Notes: generated by a model not told the origin, from the letters alone. Shown: positions 30,032 through 40,832, counted from the first letter of the stretch. The stretch: DNA of 43,173 nt from an uncultured Mesorhizobium sp. (GCA_964480545.1 CAYZQP010000002.1:1-43173), one strand, 5' to 3'. A program made the numbers and translations.

Positions 30032-30972
30032 TGGGTGAACTTTGGCAGGCCCGGCGGATTGGTTTCCGACTGCTGCAGCGCTTCTTCGCTCAGCCCCCAG
30101 CGCCCGAGCGCCTTCGCGTAGGAGCCATCCTTGATCAGACCATTGATGCTGACCGTCAGAGCATCAGCCAGCCCACTGCCCTTACGCGTGGTGATCGCCA
30201 CATCAGACTTCAGCGGCCAGCCGGCATTCACCGTGCCGACGCTTTTGATCTCGCCCTTGGTCGCGGCCTCATAGGCCTGTGGGCCGTTGGGGTTGAAGTT
30301 CGCGTCGGCGCGGCCGGTCGCAATCGCCAGCCAGATCGACGGCTGGTCGTCGTAGTACTGAATCTCAATCGGCTTCAGTCCGGCGGCGCGGTTCTGCTTG
30401 TCCCACTCCAGTATGATGCGCTCCTGGTTGGTGCCGGAGCCTGTGATGATGCGCAGGCCCGCGACATCCCTGGGCTCTGTAACTTTGGTGATCGGGCTAT
30501 CCTTTTTGACATAGAAACCATGCAGCCCGAGCCGGTAGGTGGAAAAGTCAAACTTCTGCTTGCGCTCCTCGGTCACACCGACATTCGAGATCACGGCATC
30601 ATACTTGCCGGAGGTCAAACCGAGCGGCCAGTCGGCCCAGGCGATTGGCTGCAGGTCGAGTTGCAGGCCGAGGCTGTCGGCCACCAGTTGAGCGATATCC
30701 GGATCGGCACCAACCGCCGTTTTGGCGTCGGTAGCATAGGTGCCGATGGGCGGCGCGAAGGGCGAAATCGCGACGGTCAGGTATCCGTCACGCACGAATT
30801 TGAAACCTGACGGGATCGCCTTGATCGCGTCCTCGTTTGGCTGCGTGCGCGGGCGGTCCTTCTGCTCGGCAGAGAAGTCATACGAGGCGGTCTGCGCCAG
30901 CGCGGGGCTGGAAAGCGGGCTGAGGCCGACAACGCCAGCGAGAGCGGTCTGAAGAAATACTCGTCTGATCAT
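30028..30972 (-). CDS. Polar amino-acid ABC substrate-binding protein (family 3)
   Basis: RRVFL signal, DIAQLVADSLGL, WADWPLGL, VTEERK, FDFSTY. Confidence 0.88.
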   Translation of the reverse strand: MIRRVFLQTALAGVVGLSPLSSPALAQTASYDFSAEQKDRPRTQPNEDAIKAIPSGFKFVRDGYLTVAISPFAPPIGTYATDAKTAVGADPDIAQLVADSLGLQLDLQPIAWADWPLGLTSGKYDAVISNVGVTEERKQKFDFSTYRLGLHGFYVKKDSPITKVTEPRDVAGLRIITGSGTNQERIILEWDKQNRAAGLKPIEIQYYDDQPSIWLAIATGRADANFNPNGPQAYEAATKGEIKSVGTVNAGWPLKSDVAITTRKGSGLADALTVSINGLIKDGSYAKALGRWGLSEEALQQSETNPPGLPKFTQ

Positions 30973-31028
30973 GATCTATATCTCGGTTGGGGATGCCCGC
31001 ACCAGCGTTGGCCAGCGCGGGCGCAATA

Positions 31029-31964
31029 TCAGCTGCGTGGCAGCCCTTCAGGATTGGTGCGCGAGTTCTCGATCGCCTCGGCAGACAGGTTCCAGCGTGC
31101 CAGCGCCTTGGCGTAATTGCCGTTCTTTATCTGCGCGTTCAGCGCGGCAGTGATGGCATCAGCCAGACCGGAGCCCTTGCGCGTCGCAACCGCGATTTCC
31201 GCCGTCTGCGGCCAGCCGCCGGAAAAGGTGCCGACCAGCTTGGTCTTTTCATCGCGCGCCGACTTGAATGCCGAGATCGCATTCGGGCCAAGATAGGCGT
31301 CGGCCCGGCCGGAAACGAGCGCCAGATCCTGAACCGCGACATCGTCGTAATACTGCACCTCGGTATCGGCCAGGCCCTTGGCCTTATTGGCCTCGATCCA
31401 GCGCAGCAGGATCTGCTCCTGATTGGTGCTGGCACCAACAATGACCTTCAGCCCAGCCACATCTTCCGGCTTGGCGATGGACGTGATCTTGCTGTCTTTG
31501 GCCACATAGAAGCCAAGCAGGTCGTTGCGATAGGTCGAGAAGTCGTACTTGTCCTTGCGTTCTTCGGTCACCGTAATGTTGTGGATAGCGGCATCGAAGC
31601 GGCCAGACTGCAGGCCTAGCGGCCAGTCAGCCCAGGCGATTGGCACCAGCTCCAGGTCGAGCCCGAGGCTGTCTGCCACAAGCTGAGCAATATCAGGCTC
31701 GGCCCCGACCGATGTCTTCGTATCTGTCGCGTAGGCGGCGAAGGGCAGATTGCCCGGAACCGACGACACCGTAAGCTTGCCCTGGGTGACGAACTTGAAG
31801 TCTTTTGGAAGCAGCGCAATCGCCTCCGGCACCTGCTCGGCGCGCACGCGGCCCGGTTGTTCGGGGCTGAGGTCAACGTCAGCGGCGAAGGCGGTTGCGG
31901 CAGCGAAGAGCGTGAGTGCAACTGTGCCGGCAATAGCTGCGGATTTACGGAATGGCAGTGTCAT
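31029..31964 (-). CDS. Polar amino-acid ABC substrate-binding protein (family 3), paralogue
   Basis: Signal peptide and the same motifs as the adjacent SBP. Confidence 0.88.
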   Translation of the reverse strand: MTLPFRKSAAIAGTVALTLFAAATAFAADVDLSPEQPGRVRAEQVPEAIALLPKDFKFVTQGKLTVSSVPGNLPFAAYATDTKTSVGAEPDIAQLVADSLGLDLELVPIAWADWPLGLQSGRFDAAIHNITVTEERKDKYDFSTYRNDLLGFYVAKDSKITSIAKPEDVAGLKVIVGASTNQEQILLRWIEANKAKGLADTEVQYYDDVAVQDLALVSGRADAYLGPNAISAFKSARDEKTKLVGTFSGGWPQTAEIAVATRKGSGLADAITAALNAQIKNGNYAKALARWNLSAEAIENSRTNPEGLPRS

Positions 31965-32031
31965 GTCAGTTGTCCTTGAAATGGGTTGGGCGTTGTCGTT
32001 GCCCCTGGACGTATGTTTGCCCGTCTCGTGG

Positions 32032-33843
32032 TCAGAGCACCTTGGCGAGGAACGCTGCGGTGCGCGGATGTGCGGGCGAATTGAAAACCTTGTCGGGCGT
32101 GCCGGTTTCGAGGATCTGGCCGCCCTCCATGAAGACGATCGTGTCAGCGACCTCGCGGGCGAAGCCGATCTCGTGGGTCACGATGATGAGCGTCGAGCCG
32201 GAGCGCGCCAGCTCCTTGATGACGTCGAGCACCTCTTTGACCAGCTCCGGGTCGAGCGCCGACGTCGGCTCATCGAAGAGCAGGACTTTCGGGCGGATCG
32301 CCAGCGCACGGGCAATCGCCACGCGCTGCTGCTGGCCGCCGGAGAGCTGACGCGGATAGGCGTTCGCCTTGTCCGACAGGCCGACGCGCGCCAGCAGTTC
32401 CAGCGCCCAGGCGTCCGCCTCGGCGCGCGGCACGCCGCGCACGGTGATTGGCGCTTCAGTGACATTCTCCAGCACGGTCAGATGCGGGAACAGGTTGAAG
32501 TTCTGGAACACCATGCCGACATCGACGCGGCGCTTCAGGATATTGGGCTCCTTCAGCTCGTAGAGCGTCTGGCCTTGCTTGCGGTAGCCGATCAACTCAC
32601 CATCGACCGAGATGAAGCCGTCATCAACGCGTTCCAGATGGTTGATCGAGCGCAGCAGCGTCGACTTGCCTGAACCCGACTGGCCGAGGATCGCGGTGAC
32701 ACTACCAGCCGGAACCTCAAGCGACACATCGCGCAGCACGCGCAATTCGCCAAAGCTCTTGGAGACATTGTGGATAGACACTGCGCCGCCCTTGCGTGCG
32801 CCTTCAGCCCAGCTCGCGCTGCGTGGCCGCGCGACCCGTTCGACCTCAACCGGAGCAACAAAACCTGCTGCAACTGCCGGCTTCGGGGCCGGCAGAACCT
32901 GGCGCAGCAAAGTCGTGAAAATTGACGGCGGCGGGTTGCGCAATGCGCCCTTGGAATAGTGCCGCTCGATGAAGTACTGGATGGTCGACAGCACCGCCAG
33001 AATGACCAGGTACCACACCGCAGCCACCATCAGCAGCGGAATGACTTCGAGGTTGCGCCGGTAGATGATCTGCACCGTGTAGAACAATTCGGGCAGCGCC
33101 AAGATGTAGACCTGCGACGTGCCCTTCACCAGCAGGATCACCTCATTGAAGCCGCTCGGCAGGATCGAGCGCATGGCCTGCGGCATGATGATGCGAAGCG
33201 CCTGCTTGTGCTTTGGCAGGCCGAGTGCGGCCGCTGCCTCCAACTGGCCTTGATCGACCGACAGGATACCACCGCGCACAATCTCCGATGAAAAGGCTGC
33301 AGCATGCAGTGTCAGGCCGAGAACCGCAGCAAAGAACGGCGTCATCAGTTGCGTCGTCGACCAACTGGCAAAGGTGATGTTGGTGTAGGGAACCCCGAGC
33401 CAGATCGTCTCGTAGAGATAACCGAGATTGTTGAGGATCAGCAGCAGCACGATCAGCGGGATCGAGCGGAAGAACCAGACATAGGTCCAGGACAGGCCTG
33501 ACAGAAGAGGCGAACCCGAGACCCGCGCCAGCGCCAGCAATGTGCCGAAGGCAAAGCCGAGCACCGTGCCAAAGATCGTCAGCAGCAATGTGCGCCAGAG
33601 CCCGACCAGAATGGGCTCGGCGAAGAACCACTCGGCGAAAACCGGCCAGCCCCAGCGCTCGTTGGTAAAGGTCGAATGCGCGATCATCAGGATGATCAGC
33701 GCAGCAAACACCGTGCCGGCAGTCCGCAGCGGATAGCGCGCGGGCACGATGCGGTAATGCGAATAGTCCTGCCTGCCGGCTGGCAGCGACGCTTGCGTGG
33801 AAACTGGTATGGCCCGGCTGTCGAAATCGGCAGTGATGGTCAT
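32032..33843 (-). CDS. Fused amino-acid ABC permease and ATP-binding protein
   Basis: HisM-type permease (FRSIP, EIVRGGILSVDQGQLEAAAALGL, PQAMR) joined to a GlnQ-type ATPase (GQSGSGKS, LSGGQQQRV, LFDEPTSALDPE). Confidence 0.9.
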   Translation of the reverse strand: MTITADFDSRAIPVSTQASLPAGRQDYSHYRIVPARYPLRTAGTVFAALIILMIAHSTFTNERWGWPVFAEWFFAEPILVGLWRTLLLTIFGTVLGFAFGTLLALARVSGSPLLSGLSWTYVWFFRSIPLIVLLLILNNLGYLYETIWLGVPYTNITFASWSTTQLMTPFFAAVLGLTLHAAAFSSEIVRGGILSVDQGQLEAAAALGLPKHKQALRIIMPQAMRSILPSGFNEVILLVKGTSQVYILALPELFYTVQIIYRRNLEVIPLLMVAAVWYLVILAVLSTIQYFIERHYSKGALRNPPPSIFTTLLRQVLPAPKPAVAAGFVAPVEVERVARPRSASWAEGARKGGAVSIHNVSKSFGELRVLRDVSLEVPAGSVTAILGQSGSGKSTLLRSINHLERVDDGFISVDGELIGYRKQGQTLYELKEPNILKRRVDVGMVFQNFNLFPHLTVLENVTEAPITVRGVPRAEADAWALELLARVGLSDKANAYPRQLSGGQQQRVAIARALAIRPKVLLFDEPTSALDPELVKEVLDVIKELARSGSTLIIVTHEIGFAREVADTIVFMEGGQILETGTPDKVFNSPAHPRTAAFLAKVL

Positions 33844-33856
33844 GACGGTTCTTTCT

Positions 33857-34414
33857 TCAACTGGCCAGGGCAACGGGCGCGGTCTCGACCGGCACCGCAT
33901 GCGCAATCGGCTGATGCTGCCGGCTGCGTGACTGATCGATGGTCTTGGTGAAGGGCAAATGCCGATACGCGGCGTGCGGCAGGCTGGTGTCGTAAAGCGC
34001 GGTGTAGCCGCTGCTGAGATAGAGGCTGGCCGCCTCCGGCTGGCGGAAGCCCGTGGTCAGGTAGATGCGGCTATAGCCCTGACGCAGCGCCAGACGTTCG
34101 AGCTCGAAGACGACCCCGCGCGACAGGCCCTGGCGGCGCAGGTCGCGCCGTGTCCACATGCGTTTCAACTCGGCTGTGTGCTCATCATAGCGCTTGAACG
34201 CACCGCCTCCGATGGTGATGCCATCGCGGATCAGCAGAATGAAATTGCCATCCGGCGGCGCAAAGGCTTCCGGCGGATAGCGATAAAGCTCAGCCTTTGC
34301 GCCGTCGCGATCAAACAGGTCGCCGTAGCGGCTGTCGTACTCGTAGATCAGATCATCGATCAGCGCCTGCGCGCGCGGATCAAGGGGTGTGGTCTCGACA
34401 AAGACGTCGCTCAT
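33857..34414 (-). CDS. GNAT N-acetyltransferase (SnaA-equivalent by context)
   Basis: AELKRMW, RRQGLS, LTTGFRQPEAASLY; ATGA overlap with the upstream amidohydrolase. Confidence 0.85.
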   Translation of the reverse strand: MSDVFVETTPLDPRAQALIDDLIYEYDSRYGDLFDRDGAKAELYRYPPEAFAPPDGNFILLIRDGITIGGGAFKRYDEHTAELKRMWTRRDLRRQGLSRGVVFELERLALRQGYSRIYLTTGFRQPEAASLYLSSGYTALYDTSLPHAAYRHLPFTKTIDQSRSRQHQPIAHAVPVETAPVALAS

Positions 34415-35610
34415 GGGCGTAGGCCTTCTGCGGGGAGGAAAGTTTCGGCCAGGCTCGCCCAATAGGCAGCAGCCGGCGCGATGATCGCGTCGTTGAAATC
34501 GTAGAGCGGGCTGTGCAGCGAGGCGCTGTCGCCATTGCCGACGAACAGGTAACTGCCCGGCAGCGCTTCCAGCATGAAGGCAAAATCCTCGCTGGCGGTG
34601 CGCGACCGAAACTCGGCATCGACGCTATCTGCCCCAAAGGCGTTGACTGCAACCTGCCGCGCCAATTCGGTTTCAGCCGGATGGTTGACGACGCTCGGGA
34701 AACCCAGCCGGTACTCGACATTCGCCGACGCGCCAAAACTCTCCGCCTGCGCGCGAACCAGCGCCGGGATACGCCGCTTCAACTCCTGCCGGATTTCCGG
34801 GCGATAGGAGCGCACGGTCATCTTCAGCTCGACGCTGTCCGGGATGACGTTGGAAGCTGAGCCGCCATGGATCGACCCGACGGTGACCACGGCCATGTCG
34901 CGTGGGTCAACATTGCGCGCCACGATGCTCTGCAGTGATGTGATGACATGTGCTGCGACAACCACCGGATCGACCGTGTTGTGCGGCTCGGCGCCATGCC
35001 CGCCCTTGCCGGCGATCGTGATGATCGCCTGATCGACAGAGGCCATCGCCGGTCCTTCGACAAAAGCGAAGCGCCCGGTCTCCAGTCCCGGCCAGTTATG
35101 CAGGCCGAAAACCGCATCCGCCGGAAAGCGCTCGAACAGCCCGTCGGAGATCATCTTCTGCGCGCCAGCTCCGATCTCTTCCGCCGGCTGGAAGATAAGA
35201 TGCAGCGTGCCGTGGAACTTGCCCTGCTCCGCCAGATAGCGCGCAGCAGCGAGAAGAATCGTCGTATGGCCATCATGCCCGCAGGCATGCATCACGCCGG
35301 GATTGCCGCTGGCATAGGGCAAACCCGTCTGCTCCTCGATTGGCAGCGCATCCATGTCGGCGCGAATAGCCAGCGTGCGGCCTTCGCCGCGCCTGAGCGT
35401 TCCGACCAGTCCGGTGCCGGCGATGCCGCGCGTTACCTCATAGCCCCAGCCCTCCAGGCGCTCGGCCACCAGCGCACCGGTGCGATGCTCCTCGAACGCA
35501 AGTTCGGGATGACGGTGCAGGTCGCGGCGCAGTTCGATGAACTCATCGACAAAGCTGCCGATGCCTGCCGCGATCCTCACCGCGTCACTTATGCGGGGAT
35601 GCGCGTTCAC
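34411..35610 (-). CDS. M20 amidohydrolase / N-acyl amino-acid deacetylase (SndA-like)
   Basis: [41 protein letters not shown]. Confidence 0.9.
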   Translation of the reverse strand: MNAHPRISDAVRIAAGIGSFVDEFIELRRDLHRHPELAFEEHRTGALVAERLEGWGYEVTRGIAGTGLVGTLRRGEGRTLAIRADMDALPIEEQTGLPYASGNPGVMHACGHDGHTTILLAAARYLAEQGKFHGTLHLIFQPAEEIGAGAQKMISDGLFERFPADAVFGLHNWPGLETGRFAFVEGPAMASVDQAIITIAGKGGHGAEPHNTVDPVVVAAHVITSLQSIVARNVDPRDMAVVTVGSIHGGSASNVIPDSVELKMTVRSYRPEIRQELKRRIPALVRAQAESFGASANVEYRLGFPSVVNHPAETELARQVAVNAFGADSVDAEFRSRTASEDFAFMLEALPGSYLFVGNGDSASLHSPLYDFNDAIIAPAAAYWASLAETFLPAEGLRP

Positions 35611-36947
35611 GTGCGCACCCGCCGGAGCGTCTCGCTTTGCGCTGCGTAGGCGCTTTCCTTGCGCGGCAGGCCAAGATGTTCGCGCAGGGTCGAACCCGTC
35701 AGCAGCCCGTCATAGCGGCCGCGCGCCTTCAGCGCCGGCACAACATAGCGAATGAAATCATCCAGCCCCTCTGCGATGACCGAGAAGCCGAGAATGTAGC
35801 CATCGGCAGCGCCGGCATCGATCCAGCGGATCAGCTCGTCGGCGACATCTTCTCCCGAGCCGATGAAGTTCGGCCGTGGCGTCGCCACCTGTAGTGCCGC
35901 TTCGCGCAGCGTCCAGCCATGCTCGCGCGCATCGGCCTTGATGCGGTCGGTGGTCGAGCGGAAGCTGTTCTGGCCAATGTCGCCAAGCTCCGGAAATGGC
36001 GCATCGAGGTCGTATTGCGAGAAATCGTGATGGTCGAAAAAGCGGCCGAGATAGGCCAGCGCTTCATCGACATTCAACAGGTTGCGGATGACCGCATATT
36101 TCTCTTCCGCCTCGGCGCGGGTCGCTCCGACGATTGGCGCAATGCCCGGATAAATCTTCACGTCATCGGCAGAACGGCCATGCGCCACGGCGCTGGCGCG
36201 AACCTGGTTGCGGAAGGTCCGCGTGTCCTCAAGCGAGGGCGAATGCGTGAACACCGCATCGGCATATTTGCCGGCAAGCTTGATGCCATCATCCGACGCG
36301 CCGGCCTGGAAGATGACCGGCTGCCCCTGCGCCGAGCGCTGGATGTTGAGCGGGCCCTCGACCTGGAAGAAACGTCCCTTGTGGTTGAGCCGGTGCAGCT
36401 TCTCCCGGTCGAAGAACTGCCCGGTCTGACGGTCACGCGTGAAGGCGTCGTCATCCCAGGAGTCCCACAGACCCTGCGTCACCTCCAGATACTCGTCGGC
36501 GATCTGGTAGCGCAGCGCGTGGTCAGGATGCGCACGGCTGTAGTTTCGGCCCGAGCCCTCCAGCGGCGTCGTCACCACGTTCCAGCCGGCGCGCCCGCCG
36601 CTGATCAGATCGAGCGAGGCGAACTGCCGGGCAATCGTGAACGGGTCGCTGTAGGAGGTGGAGACGGTACCCGCGAGCCCGATCTTCGACGTCACCGTCG
36701 CCAGCGCTGACAGGATCGTCAGCGGCTCGAAGCGGTTCAGAAAATGCGGGATGGATTTCTCGTTGATGTAGAGCCCGTCAGCCACAAACGCGAAGGCGAT
36801 GCCTGCGGCTTCGGCCTTCAGCGCGGTGTCAATGAAGAACTGGAGATTGACGCTGGCATCCGGCGGACTGCTCGGGTGCTTCCATGAATTCATGTGACCA
36901 CCAGCACCCTGCAACATGATGCCGAAATTGATGCTGCGCTTGCTCAT
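35607..36947 (-). CDS. cmoJ: NtaA/DmoA-family FMN-dependent monooxygenase, CmoJ (YtnJ)-like
   Basis: [47 protein letters not shown]: long stretches matching B. subtilis CmoJ as recalled. Confidence 0.8.
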   Translation of the reverse strand: MSKRSINFGIMLQGAGGHMNSWKHPSSPPDASVNLQFFIDTALKAEAAGIAFAFVADGLYINEKSIPHFLNRFEPLTILSALATVTSKIGLAGTVSTSYSDPFTIARQFASLDLISGGRAGWNVVTTPLEGSGRNYSRAHPDHALRYQIADEYLEVTQGLWDSWDDDAFTRDRQTGQFFDREKLHRLNHKGRFFQVEGPLNIQRSAQGQPVIFQAGASDDGIKLAGKYADAVFTHSPSLEDTRTFRNQVRASAVAHGRSADDVKIYPGIAPIVGATRAEAEEKYAVIRNLLNVDEALAYLGRFFDHHDFSQYDLDAPFPELGDIGQNSFRSTTDRIKADAREHGWTLREAALQVATPRPNFIGSGEDVADELIRWIDAGAADGYILGFSVIAEGLDDFIRYVVPALKARGRYDGLLTGSTLREHLGLPRKESAYAAQSETLRRVRT

Positions 36948-36958
36948 GGAAGGCCTCC

Positions 36959-37960
36959 TCAGGCCGCGACGCGCTGATAAGCGCCGCTCAGAAGTTCGAT
37001 GGATGTGGAGCGCTCGGCAAAGCCGGAAACGGGCGTGTCGATGACAAACTCCTCGACGCCAAAGCGCTGATGGAAGCGGTCAAGTTCGCGCCTCACGTCC
37101 TCGGCTGTGCCGGCCAGAATGCTCGGCAGGTTCTCTTCGGTGCGATAATCGGTGACACCTGCCTGGCGCGCGAACTCCGCCGCTGCCTCAAGCGATGGCA
37201 GGTTGACGCTCTGCCCGGTCGGGAGATGAACCTTGAAGATGCGTAGACCCTCGACCTGCTTTTGCGCGGCGACACGGCTATGCGCAGCAACCGCAAACAG
37301 CGCCAGCAAAGGTGCTCGCCCGGTCGCTGCCCGATATACCTCGAATGCGCTTTCGATCTTTGCCAGATCGCCGTTCAGATGAGCCGCAAAACAAAACTGC
37401 CAGTTGAGTCCGGCTGCGAGCGCAGCGCTGTCGTCGCTGGCTCCCAACAGAATGCGCTGCGGCGCCTCGGGCGGGGTTGGTATTGCCTGCGTGCCAGCCA
37501 GCGGGTGTTCTCCCGGCAGGCTGTTGGTCAGGTAAGCGTCCAGTTCCGCCAGCTTCTCGTCAAACGAACGCCGCGTTCCGCCGGTTGCATCCCCCTGCAG
37601 CGCGCGGGTCGAGAACGGCAGCCCGCCTGGTGCCTTTCCGACACCGAGATCGACGCGTCCGGGTGCCAGTGATGACAGCACATTGAACGTCTCGGCCACC
37701 TTGTACGGGGCGTAGTGCTGCAGCATCACACCACCCGAGCCGATACGAATTTTGCTTGTTTTTGCAATTAGATAGCCGATCAGAGCCTCGGGCGAAGAGG
37801 ACGCCAGCCCAGGCGAACTGTGATGCTCCGCGACCCAGTAGCGGTGGTAGCCCAGGCGCTCTGCCTTCACCGCCAGCGCAACCGTTTGCGCCAACGCTTC
37901 AGCAGCGCTGGCGCCTTCCGGAATCGCGCTCTTGTCGAGCAGACTGAGGCGATAGGGCAT
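36959..37960 (-). CDS. cmoO: LLM-class monooxygenase, CmoO (YtmO)-like
   Basis: [42 protein letters not shown]...VN; adjacent to cmoJ. Confidence 0.75.
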   Translation of the reverse strand: MPYRLSLLDKSAIPEGASAAEALAQTVALAVKAERLGYHRYWVAEHHSSPGLASSSPEALIGYLIAKTSKIRIGSGGVMLQHYAPYKVAETFNVLSSLAPGRVDLGVGKAPGGLPFSTRALQGDATGGTRRSFDEKLAELDAYLTNSLPGEHPLAGTQAIPTPPEAPQRILLGASDDSAALAAGLNWQFCFAAHLNGDLAKIESAFEVYRAATGRAPLLALFAVAAHSRVAAQKQVEGLRIFKVHLPTGQSVNLPSLEAAAEFARQAGVTDYRTEENLPSILAGTAEDVRRELDRFHQRFGVEEFVIDTPVSGFAERSTSIELLSGAYQRVAA

Positions 37961-38019
37961 CCCTTGAAACTCCGCGATCTGTGCCGACGAAACCGGCCTC
38001 CAACTCGCGGATCAGAATA

Positions 38020-38058
38020 TCTACCAATTTACTAGACTTAAGGTACTGCGTTCCAAAA
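38020..38058. promoter_or_regulatory. TCTA-N9-TAGA palindrome plus GCGTTCCAAAA box upstream of cmoO
   Basis: TCTA-ccaatttac-TAGA at 38020-38036 and gcgttccaaaa at 38048. Confidence 0.6.
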
Positions 38059-38161
38059 ATCGAAACGGTCAGAGAAAAACGGAAACACGTCCCGGTTGTT
38101 TTTCTGAGCAGCCCATCCCTCGCTGCCCGTCCAGCCGCTGATATGATCCAGGCGTACTCCG

Positions 38162-38374
38162 ATGTCGCTGACGAGGGAGCTTGTTACCCTCTGCGAGCGC
38201 GATAAACCGGAGAGGTAACTGCGGGATGCCCTCGGCGTTAAAGCGGATCGGGCCGCTGCGGAGCGTCTCGTGGCCGAATGGACCGGGGCCGCTGCTGGTT
38301 TTGCCTATGGTTCGCTGATCTGGAAGCCAACTTTGGGGAGGGCGAAGCCCGGCTGGCATAAATTCGGGCAATAA
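38162..38374 (+). pseudogene. chaC: ChaC-family gamma-glutamylcyclotransferase N-terminal remnant
   Basis: One frame reads MSLTRELVTLCERDKPER*...AAERLVAE...FAYGSLIWKP...GWH. GPGPLLV lies in the adjacent frame. Ends 2 bp from the stop of the convergent ABC gene. Confidence 0.75.
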
Positions 38375-38376
38375 TT

Positions 38377-40041
38377 TCACCAGGCGGGCCCTGACATTTC
38401 TGTCCGCCTGCTTTCCCACTCCATGCCCGGGACCGCCGCAAGGAGCTTCCTGGCGTAATCGGATTGTGGACTGGCGAGGAGTCGTGCAGGCGGCCCCTGC
38501 TCAACGATCCGGCCACGCTGGATCACAGCGATCCTGTCTGCCACAGTCGAGGCCACGCGAAGATCATGTGTTACAAACAGCATCGACAGTCCGAGTTCAG
38601 TGCGTATCTCCGCGATGAGCTCGAGTATCTGGCGCTGGATCGATACATCGAGCGCAGAGACCGGTTCGTCGGCGACCAGCAGTTCAGGTTGCAACATGAG
38701 CGCGCGTGCAATGCCAATGCGCTGACGTTGCCCGCCGGAAAAGGCGTGCGGGTACCGCTCTGCTGCAGAAGCGTCGAGCCCGACGCGACGCAACAGTTCA
38801 AGCATCCGGGCCTCGGCAGCAGCACGTGGCAATCCATGCGCAATCGCAGCCTCGGTGAGGATGCGCCTGATCGAATGCCTGCCATTCAATGAGGAAAACG
38901 GATCCTGGAAAACCATCTGGATACGCGGACGCTCGCGCCGGTCACGCCGCGCGCCAGCGAGAGGTTTGCCATCAAAGCTGATCGCCCCGCTGTCCCAGTT
39001 GAGGATCCCGGCCACGCATTGGCCGAGCGTTGTCTTGCCTGATCCGGATTCACCGACCAGCGCAACTACCTCCCCTCGCCGGATGTCGAGATTGATTGAA
39101 TCAAGGGCGCGCGTGGGCTCCTGGCGGCCAAAGAGAGAGCCGCCGCCATAGGTTTTCGAAACGTCCCTGATGGACAACAGGGGTGAGGCGACACGGGCTT
39201 CATTGCTGCCGGTATCCAGTGACGGCACGGCATCGAGCAGTTTGCGCGTATAAGCATGCTGGGGATTGTTCAGGACATCCGATGCCGTGCCAGCCTCGAC
39301 GACTTGACCGTCCCTCATCACCACCACGCGATCAGCAATATCAGACACCACGCCGAAATCATGAGTGATGAACAGGACCGACAGACCAAGCCTTGTGCGG
39401 ATGTCGAGGATAAGTTTCAGGATCTCGGCTTGTGTGGTGACGTCAAGCGCAGTCGTGGGCTCGTCGGCAATCAGCAGGTCGGGCTCATTGGCAATGGCTG
39501 CGGCGATCATCACGCGCTGTCGCTGGCCGCCGGACAGTTGATGAGGATAGCGCCAGATGATGTTTTCGGGATCTGGTAGCTGCGTTGCCCTGACAAGTTC
39601 CAGTACGCGCGCCCTGCGCCCGGCCGCGTCAGACCAGTTATGCGCTTCGAGTGCCTCTTCAATTTGACGCCCGACGGTCATGACGGGATTGAGTGCCGTC
39701 ATCGGCTCCTGGAAAATGTAGCCGATCCGTTTGCCGCGAAGTGTTCGCAGCGCAGCCTCGGACAGGCTGACGATGTCATGGCCGAGAAAACCGATGCGCC
39801 CCTGCTCTACCGCCAATTGGCCCTTTGGCAGCAAGCCGGCTATCGCCGAGGCCAGCACAGACTTTCCCGAGCCAGACTCGCCAACCAGGCAAAGCACCTC
39901 GCCACGGCCAATCGACAGTGACACGTTCTCAACCGCGAACTTGCGGTCGCTGCCCTGCGGCAGCGCGACAGAGAGACTGCGGATGTCGACCAGCATTCCC
40001 GGTGAACCGGCAGAGGAGGCCACTGATGTAACCTTTGCCAC
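38377..40041 (-). CDS. Peptide/nickel-type ABC double ATP-binding protein
   Basis: GESGSGKS and [42 protein letters not shown]. Start is GTG 40041 or ATG 39996. Confidence 0.9.
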   Translation of the reverse strand: MAKVTSVASSAGSPGMLVDIRSLSVALPQGSDRKFAVENVSLSIGRGEVLCLVGESGSGKSVLASAIAGLLPKGQLAVEQGRIGFLGHDIVSLSEAALRTLRGKRIGYIFQEPMTALNPVMTVGRQIEEALEAHNWSDAAGRRARVLELVRATQLPDPENIIWRYPHQLSGGQRQRVMIAAAIANEPDLLIADEPTTALDVTTQAEILKLILDIRTRLGLSVLFITHDFGVVSDIADRVVVMRDGQVVEAGTASDVLNNPQHAYTRKLLDAVPSLDTGSNEARVASPLLSIRDVSKTYGGGSLFGRQEPTRALDSINLDIRRGEVVALVGESGSGKTTLGQCVAGILNWDSGAISFDGKPLAGARRDRRERPRIQMVFQDPFSSLNGRHSIRRILTEAAIAHGLPRAAAEARMLELLRRVGLDASAAERYPHAFSGGQRQRIGIARALMLQPELLVADEPVSALDVSIQRQILELIAEIRTELGLSMLFVTHDLRVASTVADRIAVIQRGRIVEQGPPARLLASPQSDYARKLLAAVPGMEWESRRTEMSGPAW

Positions 40042-40832
40042 TAGTGCCGCAGCCTCAGTTCCCCTGCGGGGATACGGAAGGGCAGGATGTTTTGAGCCGG
40101 CGGCAGCGGGCAGACAGCGAAGTCGGTAAACGCACAGGGCGGATTGATTGCCTTGTTGAAGTCCAGCACGATTTCCCCATCGCCGACCTCCTCGCCGTAG
40201 ACGAAGCGTGACGCCTGATAGGTCTCGGTTGCTGCTGTCTGGTCCCGGATAACGAATTGCGGCGATTGCGGCGTGCCATAGGATGGCAGCAGCTCGTAGC
40301 GCGCACCATCATGCTCGAACACCGCTTTGTGCGTCACCAGCAGCTTGTTGATCGTGCCCACCATCGTCTCAACTTCGGACTCGACGGGCTGGTCGAGCGC
40401 AACCCATTGCGCGGTGATGCGCCAGGATTCGTCCAGATCAAATGAACTGATCGCAGGCGGCGACCTGCGAGCCGGATGATCCTTATCTCGCGCCCTCAAG
40501 GAAAGTCCCTCACCCACCAGCATGATCTCGAACAGAAACTGGCAGGCAGCAAAGCGCGGCGGGCTCTTGCGGTCTGCCACAATCCGGATCGGCGTACCGC
40601 CATCGGCAGGAGTGAAGCTGGCAGTTTCGCCTTCCACCACAATGACACCAAGGCGCGCCCGGCCCGCCGGCAAGACGATATTGTTATCCGGCGCGGAGCC
40701 CAGCGAAGCCGCTCCCTGATTCAGGTCCCATCGGCCAACCAGATTGAGCCAGCCATCTTCCGCAGCCAGCTTTGCCAGCCGCTCTTTGCGCCATGCCTCG
40801 ACCTTGTCGCGATAGCCTTTGCTCGCGGTCAT
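40041..40832 (-). CDS. DUF1684 family protein (second paralogue)
   Basis: AWRKERL...EDGWLNL, RDQTAATETY, LDFNKAINPPCAFTDFAVCPLP, LPFRIPAGE. Confidence 0.85.
   Translation of the reverse strand: MTASKGYRDKVEAWRKERLAKLAAEDGWLNLVGRWDLNQGAASLGSAPDNNIVLPAGRARLGVIVVEGETASFTPADGGTPIRIVADRKSPPRFAACQFLFEIMLVGEGLSLRARDKDHPARRSPPAISSFDLDESWRITAQWVALDQPVESEVETMVGTINKLLVTHKAVFEHDGARYELLPSYGTPQSPQFVIRDQTAATETYQASRFVYGEEVGDGEIVLDFNKAINPPCAFTDFAVCPLPPAQNILPFRIPAGELRLRH

Noticed and set aside
38060..38376. Possible riboswitch leader upstream of cmoO
   Set aside because: No recognisable SAM or other aptamer consensus; better explained by the chaC remnant.
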